This document shows positions 7,005 to 15,758 of a stretch of DNA of 20,000 bases, piece after piece. Origin of the DNA: an uncultured virus (IMG/VR IMGVR_UViG_3300020037_002893) (lineage: Duplodnaviria > Heunggongvirae > Uroviricota > Caudoviricetes); IMG/VR virus record IMGVR_UViG_3300020037_002893; one strand, 5' to 3'. A model generated the notes under the pieces. It did not search any database and was not told where the DNA came from. It worked only from the letters and a program-made list of their open reading frames with translations. Within the stretch, counting starts at the first letter, position 1. Every line of letters begins with the position of its first letter. Position numbers and translations under genes: made by a program.

Positions 7005-10000
7005 GTGAATTTGTGGATTACTACCCTTGAATATACCTCTATCACCCCAAAACTTGACGCCGGCCCGAAGCCAGTTGTCGCGTTAGTCGTCTCACACCGG
7101 TGCCGGAGCTCAAACGCCTTCGTGCCACCAATGGTCAGCACGACGGATACGGTCGCGTTGGTGGATGCGGCCGGCACGCCAGAGCAATAGCAGGACTGTC
7201 CATAGGCGGCGTAGGAGCTATCAGTCACGTTATAGATCGCCGCCTTGTGGCGGTTGACGTAGAAGCCAGGCGCCTCGGCATAAATCAAATAAGTCCCAGC
7301 CGACAGAGTGAATTGGTTGGATGCAATTGAGACGATGCCAGCCGCATCGCTGACCTCTGTATTGAGGTTGCGTGTCCGCCAAGCGCCTGAGGTAAATGTT
7401 CCGCCGTCGGTCCCGTTCGACTTCTGATCCTCAATAACCGCCATGGCGGAGTATAGGCCTCCGCCGATTTTACTGAGCAGCACCTTCTTTTCGATCCCGG
7501 CGCTGGCGTCATACGAACGCACGTAGTCAGCCGCGAGGTCCGGTGAGCTGTCCGCCGTGAGCGTCGAGATATTGCCGCCCGGCAGCAGGAAAGAATGGTA
7601 AACCGACGCATTTACCTGGACGAGCAACAGCGTATCGCCCGGAGCACCGGTAGAGATTGGCCCGACAATCGTGGATCCCGATGCCGAGAGCGTAACTTGA
7701 CCACTGGTGCCGCGATGAAGCAGAAACCATTGGTCGAAATCTGTCGCAGCATTCGCGCCGACCGTGATCGTGCAGCCGCTCGAATTACTGAAAAGGACGT
7801 TCTTGTTGGCCTCGGCGGAATTAAGTGTGTAGGTGCTGCCAGTCTTGGTCGCGGAGCCGCTGACGCCACCGCTCGACCCCGCCGCGCCGGTGGCTCCCTT
7901 CTCGGCGATGACATCCCAGTTGGCCGTTCCGGTGGCGGGATCCACAGAGGAGGACGGGTCATTGGCCGTGCAGACGTAGCTGCCCCCCCCATACGTCACG
8001 ATGTCGCCGATGACGTAGCTGGTGCCGCCCACATAGGCGCCCTGGTATTGGTTCACGAAATTCCCATCCGCACCGGCGGCGCCTGTCCCGGTGGCGCCCG
8101 TCGCTCCCGTTGCGCCCTTGTAGTTTTTCCAAAGACCTGAGAAGTCGCCCGCCGATGGGCTGAGGATCTCGGTGTCCGTGCTCAGCACCGCGATGTAGTC
8201 GAGGCCGGCGTCGAAAGTCGTGGTGAACCCTGTGCCGCTTCCGTCGGAGGCATAGGCGATGTAGCAATACGCGCTCGGCCCGCCACCTCCGCCGCCAGTG
8301 GTGCCACTCAAGGCAAGCCAGACGGAGTTTTCGTCATCCCAGACAAAGAGAGCATATTTGGAAAGGCTATCGAGGGTGATGTCCGTGTCTCCCCAGCACT
8401 TGATGTTCCCAGTTCCGTGCTTGATGACCACCGCCCGAGCCGCGTTGTTGGCGCGGAGATAGGCAACCTTCCAAGAGGCGCCACCGCTCACGGCATCCAG
8501 GTCATCAGAAGCCGCGTTTGCCTCGGTGTCCACTGAATGGAAAGATGACGTGACGGTGATCGACCCTGTGGCGATGGTCTTCTCAGAGAAGCTGGACTCC
8601 GTTGGGGTCCGCATCAGCTTCCAGACCTTCGCGTTGGTCGAGCCGTCATAGTCGTCTGGACGGATTACCAAAGGTGCTGACTCAGCATCTGTCCCGGCTT
8701 CAAGGACATACACTGCGTATCGTTCGTTGTCCCCATCGTAGATGAAGACTGCCCTCTTGGGCGTGATGTCCACTGTCACGACACTGTCCAAGTCGGAGGA
8801 GGTTCCACCCGTCAACGAGGTGATCGCTTTCAGGTGATGGATGATGAGGCCATCAACAGTCGTGGCGTCATAGTAATCCGAGAGAGGAAGAGGAGCCAAC
8901 GTGGAGATCCCAAGCAAGCCGTTCTTTAGCACGACGGGCTCATGCAATAGCTTAGTTCTGTAAGATACCCCGTCCTGCGCTAGTGCCTCCACCTCAAAGA
9001 TGGCATCCAGGGTGTTCAGTCCATAGAGCAGAGCCTCGGCAGAGGTGGTAGCGAAGTTGATCGTGGCCCTCACGCCTTCCAGCCAGACAAGGGCGGAATC
9101 ATCCACTGTGACCATTATTGCCGTATTGGCAAGGTCTTCCCGGAAGGACAAACGAAGGTCTCCCCCTCCAGCTCCCTCGACGATGACATTGCCAGTGCCC
9201 ACATTGCTAAGCTTCTCCAGGATGCCTGTCACCTCAAGAGCGGTGGCACTCCACGGGATTCCCTCCGATGTGATGTAGCCTCCCCCTGTGTCCACTCCGA
9301 GAGAGTAGACGCCACCGATGCAGTCCTCGCTGAACTTGACCTCTACGACTGCGTTGGCATCCGTTCCCCCTGCTCCGTTCTGTGTCTTGGTAAAGGTGAA
9401 GCCGGAAGTCTCCGCAGACCAGTCGGTGAAGTTATACGCAACCGAGCTTTCCACGCGCACCTTCGTCCCGTGCGCGGTCGCCCTATACCCGGCGAGGCTG
9501 TCCAGCTTGGTGGCCAGTGCAGCGGCTACGTCAACGGCATTGTCTCCCGTCACGATGGATAGGATCTCGGTTGACTGTGTAGCCGTCAATGCTGTGCCGG
9601 AAGGTGCGGCAGTGCCAGAGATGTTGAACCACACTGAGCGTGAAATCTCACCCCCTGCTCCATCCGTTTCCCAGAGGAGGAGATGCTTCCCGTTCAGGGT
9701 GCTGTCCGCTCCGTTTACCACCACAGTTGCTCCTGTCAAAGGAGAATCCCCCGCGTTGAGGTCTGCGACAGCTCCTGCGGTATTCTGCGTGACGTGAACC
9801 TCCGTTCCGGAGGCGACTGTCGTGAAGGGTGTCTTGGCATGGATGCTGGACGCAATAAGCGTGGCCATGTCCATCGCGGTGGCGTCCGGCTCGTAACCAG
9901 TAATGAGAGTTAGGTCAGAGGTAAGGGCGAGCGCACCAGCGGGAGGAGGCGTATCACCATCTTGGGAAAACCAGAAGCCAACGATGGCCCCTGTAGACGC

Positions 10001-11104
10001 CGCATAAAGGTAGAAGTAAGTTCCATCGTAATTGTCTGTCGAGGCTCCAGAGGTAACGGTGGCAGGCGTGAAGCCGGAGCTTCCTGCCGCTGCTGCTCCG
10101 TGCGCTCCCACGGTCGAATAGGTGACAGTGACCACTGCCCCGAGGACAGTTGCCGAGAACTTCAAGTCAGCATCGACGGCAGCCTTTACCTTTTGGGCAA
10201 CTGCCCCATCGGAGTCGTTGGTGTTAATCGTGGTGATCTCTACGAAGCGATCATACACTGCTGCCCCACCGGGGATCGTGGTGCCTGAGTTATCCGTGTC
10301 GATCCAGAAGGCAACACTCCCCTCATCGTCATAGAGGACGAAGTATTTCCCATCAAGGGAGTCAGACACGTCGGCGACAGTGGTGATCGAGGCGACGTGT
10401 TTAACTCCTCCCACCGCAACGCATGTTGCTTCTTCGACCTGTGCAATCGCGGCGGTGTCCCCAACGCAGGTAATCTCCACTATCTCCCTTGTCGCCTTGT
10501 TCCCCGTGGCACGCACGCTGACGGTCGCCGCTCCTGCGGGGATGGGGATGACGGAAGTGACCAGCCCCGCTGGACTTCTTTGCATCCTTGCCACGACTAC
10601 CTCTTTGATGCCTGTTGCTCCTTCCTTCTCCATTGAGAAGCTCACGGAGGATTCAGGAATGAGGTTAACCTCGTCCGATCCGAAGTCACTCTTGGCTCCG
10701 GCAGTCACCCAGGAAATGCGGTATCCTCTCTCGTAGTTGCCCGACACAGTCACCCCACCGTCCGATGTTACATCAGCCATGGCGTTCAGGGCAGTTGACC
10801 AGTCATCCGCCGTGGCATCGAAGGAGAGAGCGGCACTGGTGGAGGCTCCATAGGTCACCTTGAAGTCTCCCAGCTCCGGGGGTGTATTGACTACCCCCGC
10901 ACCGATGCGGAAGCTGTCATCCTTATAGCTTCTATCCAGCTCCCAGAACACGGAGCCAGCCTCCACCCGCTTGATGGGGACAACATCCACGATAAGCTTC
11001 TCTCCCGTGATGATAGGGCGGATGCTACCCAGCGAAGTGGATTGAGGAGAAGCGATGAGCTGCTGCTCCAGTGCGTTTACGAAGAGGCGAAGCTGGCGAG
11101 ACAT
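7001..11104 (-). CDS. Mosaic tail fibre / receptor-binding protein, about 1367 aa
   Basis: G/A/S/T-rich with internal domain repeats, collagen-like GAT triplets, a Y.IGDIVTYGG.SYVC module and a beta-rich tip. Start placed at ATG 11104 (MSRQLRLF) rather than TTG 11137. Confidence 0.85.
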   Translation of the reverse strand: MSRQLRLFVNALEQQLIASPQSTSLGSIRPIITGEKLIVDVVPIKRVEAGSVFWELDRSYKDDSFRIGAGVVNTPPELGDFKVTYGASTSAALSFDATADDWSTALNAMADVTSDGGVTVSGNYERGYRISWVTAGAKSDFGSDEVNLIPESSVSFSMEKEGATGIKEVVVARMQRSPAGLVTSVIPIPAGAATVSVRATGNKATREIVEITCVGDTAAIAQVEEATCVAVGGVKHVASITTVADVSDSLDGKYFVLYDDEGSVAFWIDTDNSGTTIPGGAAVYDRFVEITTINTNDSDGAVAQKVKAAVDADLKFSATVLGAVVTVTYSTVGAHGAAAAGSSGFTPATVTSGASTDNYDGTYFYLYAASTGAIVGFWFSQDGDTPPPAGALALTSDLTLITGYEPDATAMDMATLIASSIHAKTPFTTVASGTEVHVTQNTAGAVADLNAGDSPLTGATVVVNGADSTLNGKHLLLWETDGAGGEISRSVWFNISGTAAPSGTALTATQSTEILSIVTGDNAVDVAAALATKLDSLAGYRATAHGTKVRVESSVAYNFTDWSAETSGFTFTKTQNGAGGTDANAVVEVKFSEDCIGGVYSLGVDTGGGYITSEGIPWSATALEVTGILEKLSNVGTGNVIVEGAGGGDLRLSFREDLANTAIMVTVDDSALVWLEGVRATINFATTSAEALLYGLNTLDAIFEVEALAQDGVSYRTKLLHEPVVLKNGLLGISTLAPLPLSDYYDATTVDGLIIHHLKAITSLTGGTSSDLDSVVTVDITPKRAVFIYDGDNERYAVYVLEAGTDAESAPLVIRPDDYDGSTNAKVWKLMRTPTESSFSEKTIATGSITVTSSFHSVDTEANAASDDLDAVSGGASWKVAYLRANNAARAVVIKHGTGNIKCWGDTDITLDSLSKYALFVWDDENSVWLALSGTTGGGGGGPSAYCYIAYASDGSGTGFTTTFDAGLDYIAVLSTDTEILSPSAGDFSGLWKNYKGATGATGATGTGAAGADGNFVNQYQGAYVGGTSYVIGDIVTYGGGSYVCTANDPSSSVDPATGTANWDVIAEKGATGAAGSSGGVSGSATKTGSTYTLNSAEANKNVLFSNSSGCTITVGANAATDFDQWFLLHRGTSGQVTLSASGSTIVGPISTGAPGDTLLLVQVNASVYHSFLLPGGNISTLTADSSPDLAADYVRSYDASAGIEKKVLLSKIGGGLYSAMAVIEDQKSNGTDGGTFTSGAWRTRNLNTEVSDAAGIVSIASNQFTLSAGTYLIYAEAPGFYVNRHKAAIYNVTDSSYAAYGQSCYCSGVPAASTNATVSVVLTIGGTKAFELRHRCETTNATTGFGPASSFGVIEVYSRVVIHKFT

Positions 11105-11173
11105 GCCGCAACGTTCCACGATTTCGTGGTGACGCAAGGGGATCTCTTATCGTTTTTACTTGGCCTTTCTTAC

Positions 11174-11191
11174 TTTGCAAACGTTTTCAAA
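11174..11191. promoter_or_regulatory. 18-bp near-palindrome, copy 4
   Basis: TTTGCAAACGTTTTCAAA. Confidence 0.8.
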
Positions 11192-11198
11192 CAGACAC

Positions 11199-11229
11199 AA
11201 AAAAGCCCCTCCGGTGGGGGGAGGGGCTT
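11199..11229 (-). terminator. Intrinsic terminator closing the cassette 3 transcript
   Basis: AAGCCCCTCC/GGAGGGGCTT stem with a U-tract on the minus strand; stem nearly identical to those at 883 and 4740. Confidence 0.9.
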
Positions 11230-11258
11230 AGTTGAATGAGGTTGGAGGAGGGGGGGGG

Positions 11259-11447
11259 TCAGAACTTGATGACCTCCCCCTCCAGGAGGCGTGGGTAACG
11301 CTCCCCCTTTACGGGGGTATAGCGTCCCACAAGGTATCCCCCTCTGACGAGGTGTCCCTTGACGAACTGCTTCTTCCCTTTGCACTTCTTGGAAAGGGAG
11401 GCGAGGGCCTTGTCGATGGCCCTATGGGTGTCGTCTGAAATATCCAT
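11259..11447 (-). CDS. Small basic hypothetical protein, 62 aa; sole cargo of cassette 3 (moron-like)
   Basis: TAAGCC-ATG start after an A/C-rich leader, lying between its own promoter and terminator. Confidence 0.75.
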   Translation of the reverse strand: MDISDDTHRAIDKALASLSKKCKGKKQFVKGHLVRGGYLVGRYTPVKGERYPRLLEGEVIKF

Positions 11448-11488
11448 GGCTTATTTTAGTTGGGGTTGGGGTTCTCTTAACTGGCTGG

Positions 11489-11517
11489 AGATTACTTCTT
11501 TTTTAGCTAAACGTAAA
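11489..11517 (-). promoter_or_regulatory. Sigma70-type promoter, cassette 3
   Basis: TTTACG (11517-11512)-N17-TAATCT (11494-11489). Confidence 0.8.
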
Positions 11518-11711
11518 GCTAAAATATGATATTTCCTGAAAAAGGGCTGGGAACCGAGTAAAATGAGGCTTCCCAGCCCCCTAGTTTTAACTCTTTTTTG
11601 CCCCAACTAAGCCTAAAAACACAGTAAAAAGCGTTAAAATGCCCCCTTTTCGGGCCTTGTGGGCACAAAAAGGCCTGTGTGTAGCTACATTCGGGGTTTA
11701 TCTGTGGTCAC

Positions 11712-11742
11712 AAAAAACCCCCTGCCAATGCAGGGGGTTTTT
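11712..11742. terminator. Bidirectional-type intrinsic terminator
   Basis: AAAAAA-CCCCCTGC-CAAT-GCAGGGGG-TTTTT. Confidence 0.9.
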
Positions 11743-11758
11743 AACTCGAATGCTAAGC

Positions 11759-12844
11759 CTACTTTGCAAACGTTTTCAAATCAGGGGCCGCAGGCTCCCC
11801 GGCTGTATGCTGTTGGAAAGGAAGGAAGGACTTTCTGAGATGTCCTTCCGTGTCGGAATTTGTTTCATGGCGAGCCATTACATGCACTGCTCCTGCCTTG
11901 GCATCCCGAATGACATGATCGCACGGACAATGCGGGATTGCACAAAGTCTCAGCCCTCTGGGAAACCACCTCCTCCAGATGATGAACAGATCCTCTGTGC
12001 CCTTGCCACCATATCCGGTGAAGTCGGCGGCTGCGATGGCTTCCCAGTTCATCAAGGTGCATCCGAACCCGCACCAGTCGATGGGGACAACAGCCCCCTT
12101 CCCCAGTGCTGGGTATGCGTAGTCGAACCATCCCCTCTGTCGCCAGCCATACTCTGCGATGAGCTTCCAGATATTGCCTCCGTGCTTCGGGGGGCAGGTC
12201 TTCTCCATTTCCTTGCGCCACTCATGCTCCTCCTCAAGAAGCTGTCCAATATCCTCCGTCTTTTCTTCCTTCGCCTTTTTGAGCTTATCCTGGATGGTAG
12301 CCCACTCCGCAAGCTTCTCTTCCGGGATCTCACGTTCGTCCATGTTAAAGTCCCTGTAGATCGTTTCAGTGGGCGAGCCGAAACCCCCCATGAAGCTCCC
12401 ACCCCCCTGTGAAGGGTAGGGGCAGAAGGCTATAGAGTAATAACCCCCATCGAAGCTAAGCATCTGTAGAGAGCAGAGGAGAGCATTGTCCGGGGGCAGG
12501 ACATCGGAGTCCAGCGACCACAGCCAGTCAGCGTCGAGTTCCCTCGCATGGTCGAACATCGCAGAGCGCATCTGGGCAATGACAAGCTGGGCCTCCTTCT
12601 TGTAGTTCTCCCCTTCCTTCCAATCGTGGATGATATGCCGGACTTCGATCCCTCGCAGAAGTCTACCCTCCTTGTTGGATATTTTACGGACTTCCTCATC
12701 ACCGATCAAGACAAGGGACACGCTTAGCTCCTCCCCTAGGGATCGTCGCATCTTGTAGACATTGCGACTGATCGCTCTAAAGAGGGCCGGTAGGGCGTAT
12801 GTGTAGTTTTTCGTGGCACAGGTTCCGATTACTAAGGTTTTCAT
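11759..12844 (-). CDS. GT-A fold (GT2-like) glycosyltransferase
   Basis: N-terminal beta strand, DWLWSLDSDVLPP (DxD motif), DWCGFGCTLM, TED and a CDH motif; carries a charged helical insertion. Confidence 0.75.
   Translation of the reverse strand: MKTLVIGTCATKNYTYALPALFRAISRNVYKMRRSLGEELSVSLVLIGDEEVRKISNKEGRLLRGIEVRHIIHDWKEGENYKKEAQLVIAQMRSAMFDHARELDADWLWSLDSDVLPPDNALLCSLQMLSFDGGYYSIAFCPYPSQGGGSFMGGFGSPTETIYRDFNMDEREIPEEKLAEWATIQDKLKKAKEEKTEDIGQLLEEEHEWRKEMEKTCPPKHGGNIWKLIAEYGWRQRGWFDYAYPALGKGAVVPIDWCGFGCTLMNWEAIAAADFTGYGGKGTEDLFIIWRRWFPRGLRLCAIPHCPCDHVIRDAKAGAVHVMARHETNSDTEGHLRKSFLPFQQHTAGEPAAPDLKTFAK
11763..11780. promoter_or_regulatory. 18-bp near-palindrome, copy 5 (overlaps the last codons of the glycosyltransferase)
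   Basis: TTTGCAAACGTTTTCAAA. Confidence 0.8.
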
Positions 12845-12878
12845 GGGGAGCTAACCCTAGCATCGGAGCTGACCATCC

Positions 12879-15131
12879 TCAACCGTTATCGACATACCCG
12901 AGGAAGTCCCATGCTGGCGCCATGGTCTGCATCGTTCTCGAATACTTCCCGCTCCCCGGCATCGGCGTCAGCATGGGACAGGTCTGCATGTAGGCATTCC
13001 TTCCTTCCAAGGCAAAGGACGCTTGGCCATCCCCCGCATGCGTGAGAGCCGTGCTGGTGGTTCCGCCTGTGGAGTCCACAAGGATCAGCTCAAGAGCGAG
13101 TCCAGCCCAAGTGAGAAACGCCTGCTCATCCCTTGCTCCCATGATAAGCCCCTCCTGCGCGTGCGTGGATTCCCAAAGCATTCCCCTCGGGTCTTTCGGA
13201 TAGAGCAGGAACACCTCCACCGTTCCCTTCTGCGCTACGAGGGAGGGGAACTCCAGGAGGTAGGTGAAGGATGCTTCGTGGTTGTTCCCTCCGGCAATCC
13301 ATCCACGGTAGAGAGTGATGGTATCAGTCAGCGTGATGGTCAATGGATCTCCCTCCGTGTAACCTTCCGTGCCTTGGTAAGTTGACTCGTAGGAGACTGG
13401 CTCGCCATCCTCCATGCTCCATCCTACTCTGGACAGCTCGGTGGTTTCCACGCTCCACGAAGGCACCGTGGCAGTCGCCGTGCCCTCCATCGTGATGATT
13501 GTCTCGGAGCATCGGCAAGGAGGATCGAGGCGTGTCCTTCCATGCTGTCCAAAGTTGTCCGTGCAGGGTGCCAACCGGGAGAGGTCAAACGTGGTCCCCG
13601 TATCACCTTCGACTGAGACGGAGCGGAAGCTCCTGCTGTGGAATAGTTCAAGATCATGGGTAACCCCGGCATCAAACTCCACATACCCTCCGACTGGTTG
13701 GCAATAGAATAGAACAGGTAGAGAGGGAGAATCTGAGCCGACCCCGATCTCTCTCATCTCCACAAACTCCATCGGACTGGCATTGCCACCAAGCTGTCTG
13801 CTCTCAACAGTGTGCCTCTGTACGACAAGCCCTGCCACGCTGGCTTCCTCCGTTGTTGTCCCTTCCACGCTGTAGACAGGGACGATGGTATCTGTCGCAA
13901 GGGAGTAGGCCATGGAGGTTCCCCACACGCTGCGGGTTGATACTCCCAGTCTGGTCCCGTTCGTCCCTGCCTCGCTGTCCTCATAGGTGATGAACACTCC
14001 CTCGCAAGTGGTCAGTAAAAGCGTTAGCTCTGGATACGTGGCATAGGCAAGTCCGTAATACCCCGTAGCCTCAAAGGTTACTCCGGCAATCTCCACCGTG
14101 GCAATACTCAGCCCTCCTTCCCCGTCCGGGACGTGATAGGTGAGGCTGGTTTCTTTCCTAAGCTCAAGCGAGATGGCATCGTTCACCACGCTGTTATAGG
14201 TTCCCTGTCCCAGCTCCAGGGTTACCAAGGCGAAGGCTTTCCATGAGCTGTTCTCCGTCACCACGTCCATGGCTCCGGGATAGCTCCAGTCCAAGGCTGC
14301 GAGGGGGTCTTCGTAGAACCTCTGGCCTATCCCAGCATCGAAGGGAAAGAACACGGCCATCAGTCCTCGTTCCGCCACGACTCCAAAGGGACGCTCCTGC
14401 GGACGCATGGAGATTGCCTCCAGATAGTTCACGTTGGAGGGTAGGGCTGTGGCCTCTCCCGTCTCTCCCATGAAGGTTGACTCGAAGGACGTTGTCTCGT
14501 AGTCGAAATCCACAAAGCTAAGCTGGGCCGTCGTGGTCCCAAGAATCGTGGTCGCGTAGGTGAAGGACTCCGGCTTGCCACGCTCGTTGATTGACCAGCT
14601 CACGGATTGTATCGTGACGGGAGACTCAAGCGTCGTGTCTATCGTGCGGGTGTCTCCCTCTGTGGCCCCCGCCGCATAGAACTCCTTCGTGGAGTCTTCT
14701 GGAATCCTGTGCGTGAATGCTCCCGTGGTTCCCGTTATGCTTTCCAACAGACCGTTGGTGTCGTATCTTGCAGACGTGAAGTTGGTTCCGTCCTGATGAA
14801 ATTCTGTCGTGAATCCTAAGCTATAGACGTAGTCGGAGGTTCCGTTCGTTGTCGTTGGCGTTACTCCGTCATCACTTGTGCCCTCCCAAGAGGCATGCTC
14901 CGAGTGCGTCGTTTCGTTGATGGAGGTGAAGTCCAAGTCGTCAACCGAGAGAGCATGATGATGCGTCTCGTTCGTCAGGTTGGTTGCATGATCCGTGAAG
15001 GATGTCGGACCTCCGGTGAAGGTAGTTGCTCCGGTGCTGCCAGTCTCACTCGTCGCATCCGTTGATAGATACTTGTCTTGAACATACCCCTGATCGTAGG
15101 TGCGTTCCTGCTCGAAGGTATAAAAGGCCAT
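12879..15131 (-). CDS. Large Thr-rich acidic protein, 750 aa, probable minor tail protein
   Basis: Position downstream of the tape measure gene; T/E/G/S-rich and almost Lys-free. Confidence 0.75.
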   Translation of the reverse strand: MAFYTFEQERTYDQGYVQDKYLSTDATSETGSTGATTFTGGPTSFTDHATNLTNETHHHALSVDDLDFTSINETTHSEHASWEGTSDDGVTPTTTNGTSDYVYSLGFTTEFHQDGTNFTSARYDTNGLLESITGTTGAFTHRIPEDSTKEFYAAGATEGDTRTIDTTLESPVTIQSVSWSINERGKPESFTYATTILGTTTAQLSFVDFDYETTSFESTFMGETGEATALPSNVNYLEAISMRPQERPFGVVAERGLMAVFFPFDAGIGQRFYEDPLAALDWSYPGAMDVVTENSSWKAFALVTLELGQGTYNSVVNDAISLELRKETSLTYHVPDGEGGLSIATVEIAGVTFEATGYYGLAYATYPELTLLLTTCEGVFITYEDSEAGTNGTRLGVSTRSVWGTSMAYSLATDTIVPVYSVEGTTTEEASVAGLVVQRHTVESRQLGGNASPMEFVEMREIGVGSDSPSLPVLFYCQPVGGYVEFDAGVTHDLELFHSRSFRSVSVEGDTGTTFDLSRLAPCTDNFGQHGRTRLDPPCRCSETIITMEGTATATVPSWSVETTELSRVGWSMEDGEPVSYESTYQGTEGYTEGDPLTITLTDTITLYRGWIAGGNNHEASFTYLLEFPSLVAQKGTVEVFLLYPKDPRGMLWESTHAQEGLIMGARDEQAFLTWAGLALELILVDSTGGTTSTALTHAGDGQASFALEGRNAYMQTCPMLTPMPGSGKYSRTMQTMAPAWDFLGYVDNG

Positions 15132-15140
15132 GGCAGTGGC

Positions 15141-15755
15141 TTAGTCTGACGAGTCAAGGATTTTCCAGCGGAACCAACGGTCGAAAGGCTCGTCACGAAT
15201 GCTCTCCGGTGTCTTGGCAGAGCGTCGTGTCTCCAAGGGGGATACATTCAAATTCCGGCATACGGTCATCTTGGTCCTGCCCTCCACGATGGTTCCCAGC
15301 AGAGCGTGGAAGACGGAAGGAGGGGCACCCTTGCTGTCGGCATAGACAGCTTCGTTGGTAGACGACACGATGATCTCGAATGCTGAGACGCTGCTCTGAC
15401 CTGCCGTTGCCTTCGCCAGAATGTAGAAGGTTCCTTTCGTCTGGTAAACCACGGGCTGTCCAATGTTCGTGGCAGTCACCCCGTTGATGTGCCCGTCCTT
15501 CCAGATCAAGGCAGGCGTTCCATCAACGGACGTGTAGGTGGGAACCCACTGGCGGCACTCACCTCCTGCCGATGCCTGTGAGTTGCCCTCTATGATAAGC
15601 GCCCTGCCGTCTCCGTGAGGAGAGCGAAGACCCTTTCCAAGGACGATGTCCCTCCCAGCAAGTTGGGCAATGGAATCCATATACTCCAGCACCTTGTTGA
15701 GTGCGGACTCGATTCCCGGTTGCCCTTGGATCTTGACTCGAAAGGATGCTGCCAT
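15141..15755 (-). CDS. Probable minor tail protein, 204 aa
   Basis: Synteny; TAAGCC-ATG start directly after the upstream stop. Confidence 0.75.
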   Translation of the reverse strand: MAASFRVKIQGQPGIESALNKVLEYMDSIAQLAGRDIVLGKGLRSPHGDGRALIIEGNSQASAGGECRQWVPTYTSVDGTPALIWKDGHINGVTATNIGQPVVYQTKGTFYILAKATAGQSSVSAFEIIVSSTNEAVYADSKGAPPSVFHALLGTIVEGRTKMTVCRNLNVSPLETRRSAKTPESIRDEPFDRWFRWKILDSSD

Positions 15756-15758
15756 GGC

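Larger units (their letters stand above)
11486..11780 (-). repeat. Dispersed terminator-promoter cassette, copy 3 (includes an 18-bp palindrome)
   Basis: Aligns to copies 1 and 2, with an extra ~45-bp segment before the terminator. Confidence 0.95.

Noticed and set aside
7001..11104. Diversity-generating retroelement or invertase shufflon acting on the fibre
   Set aside because: No reverse transcriptase, template/variable repeat pair, invertase or alternative inverted tip is seen in the window.
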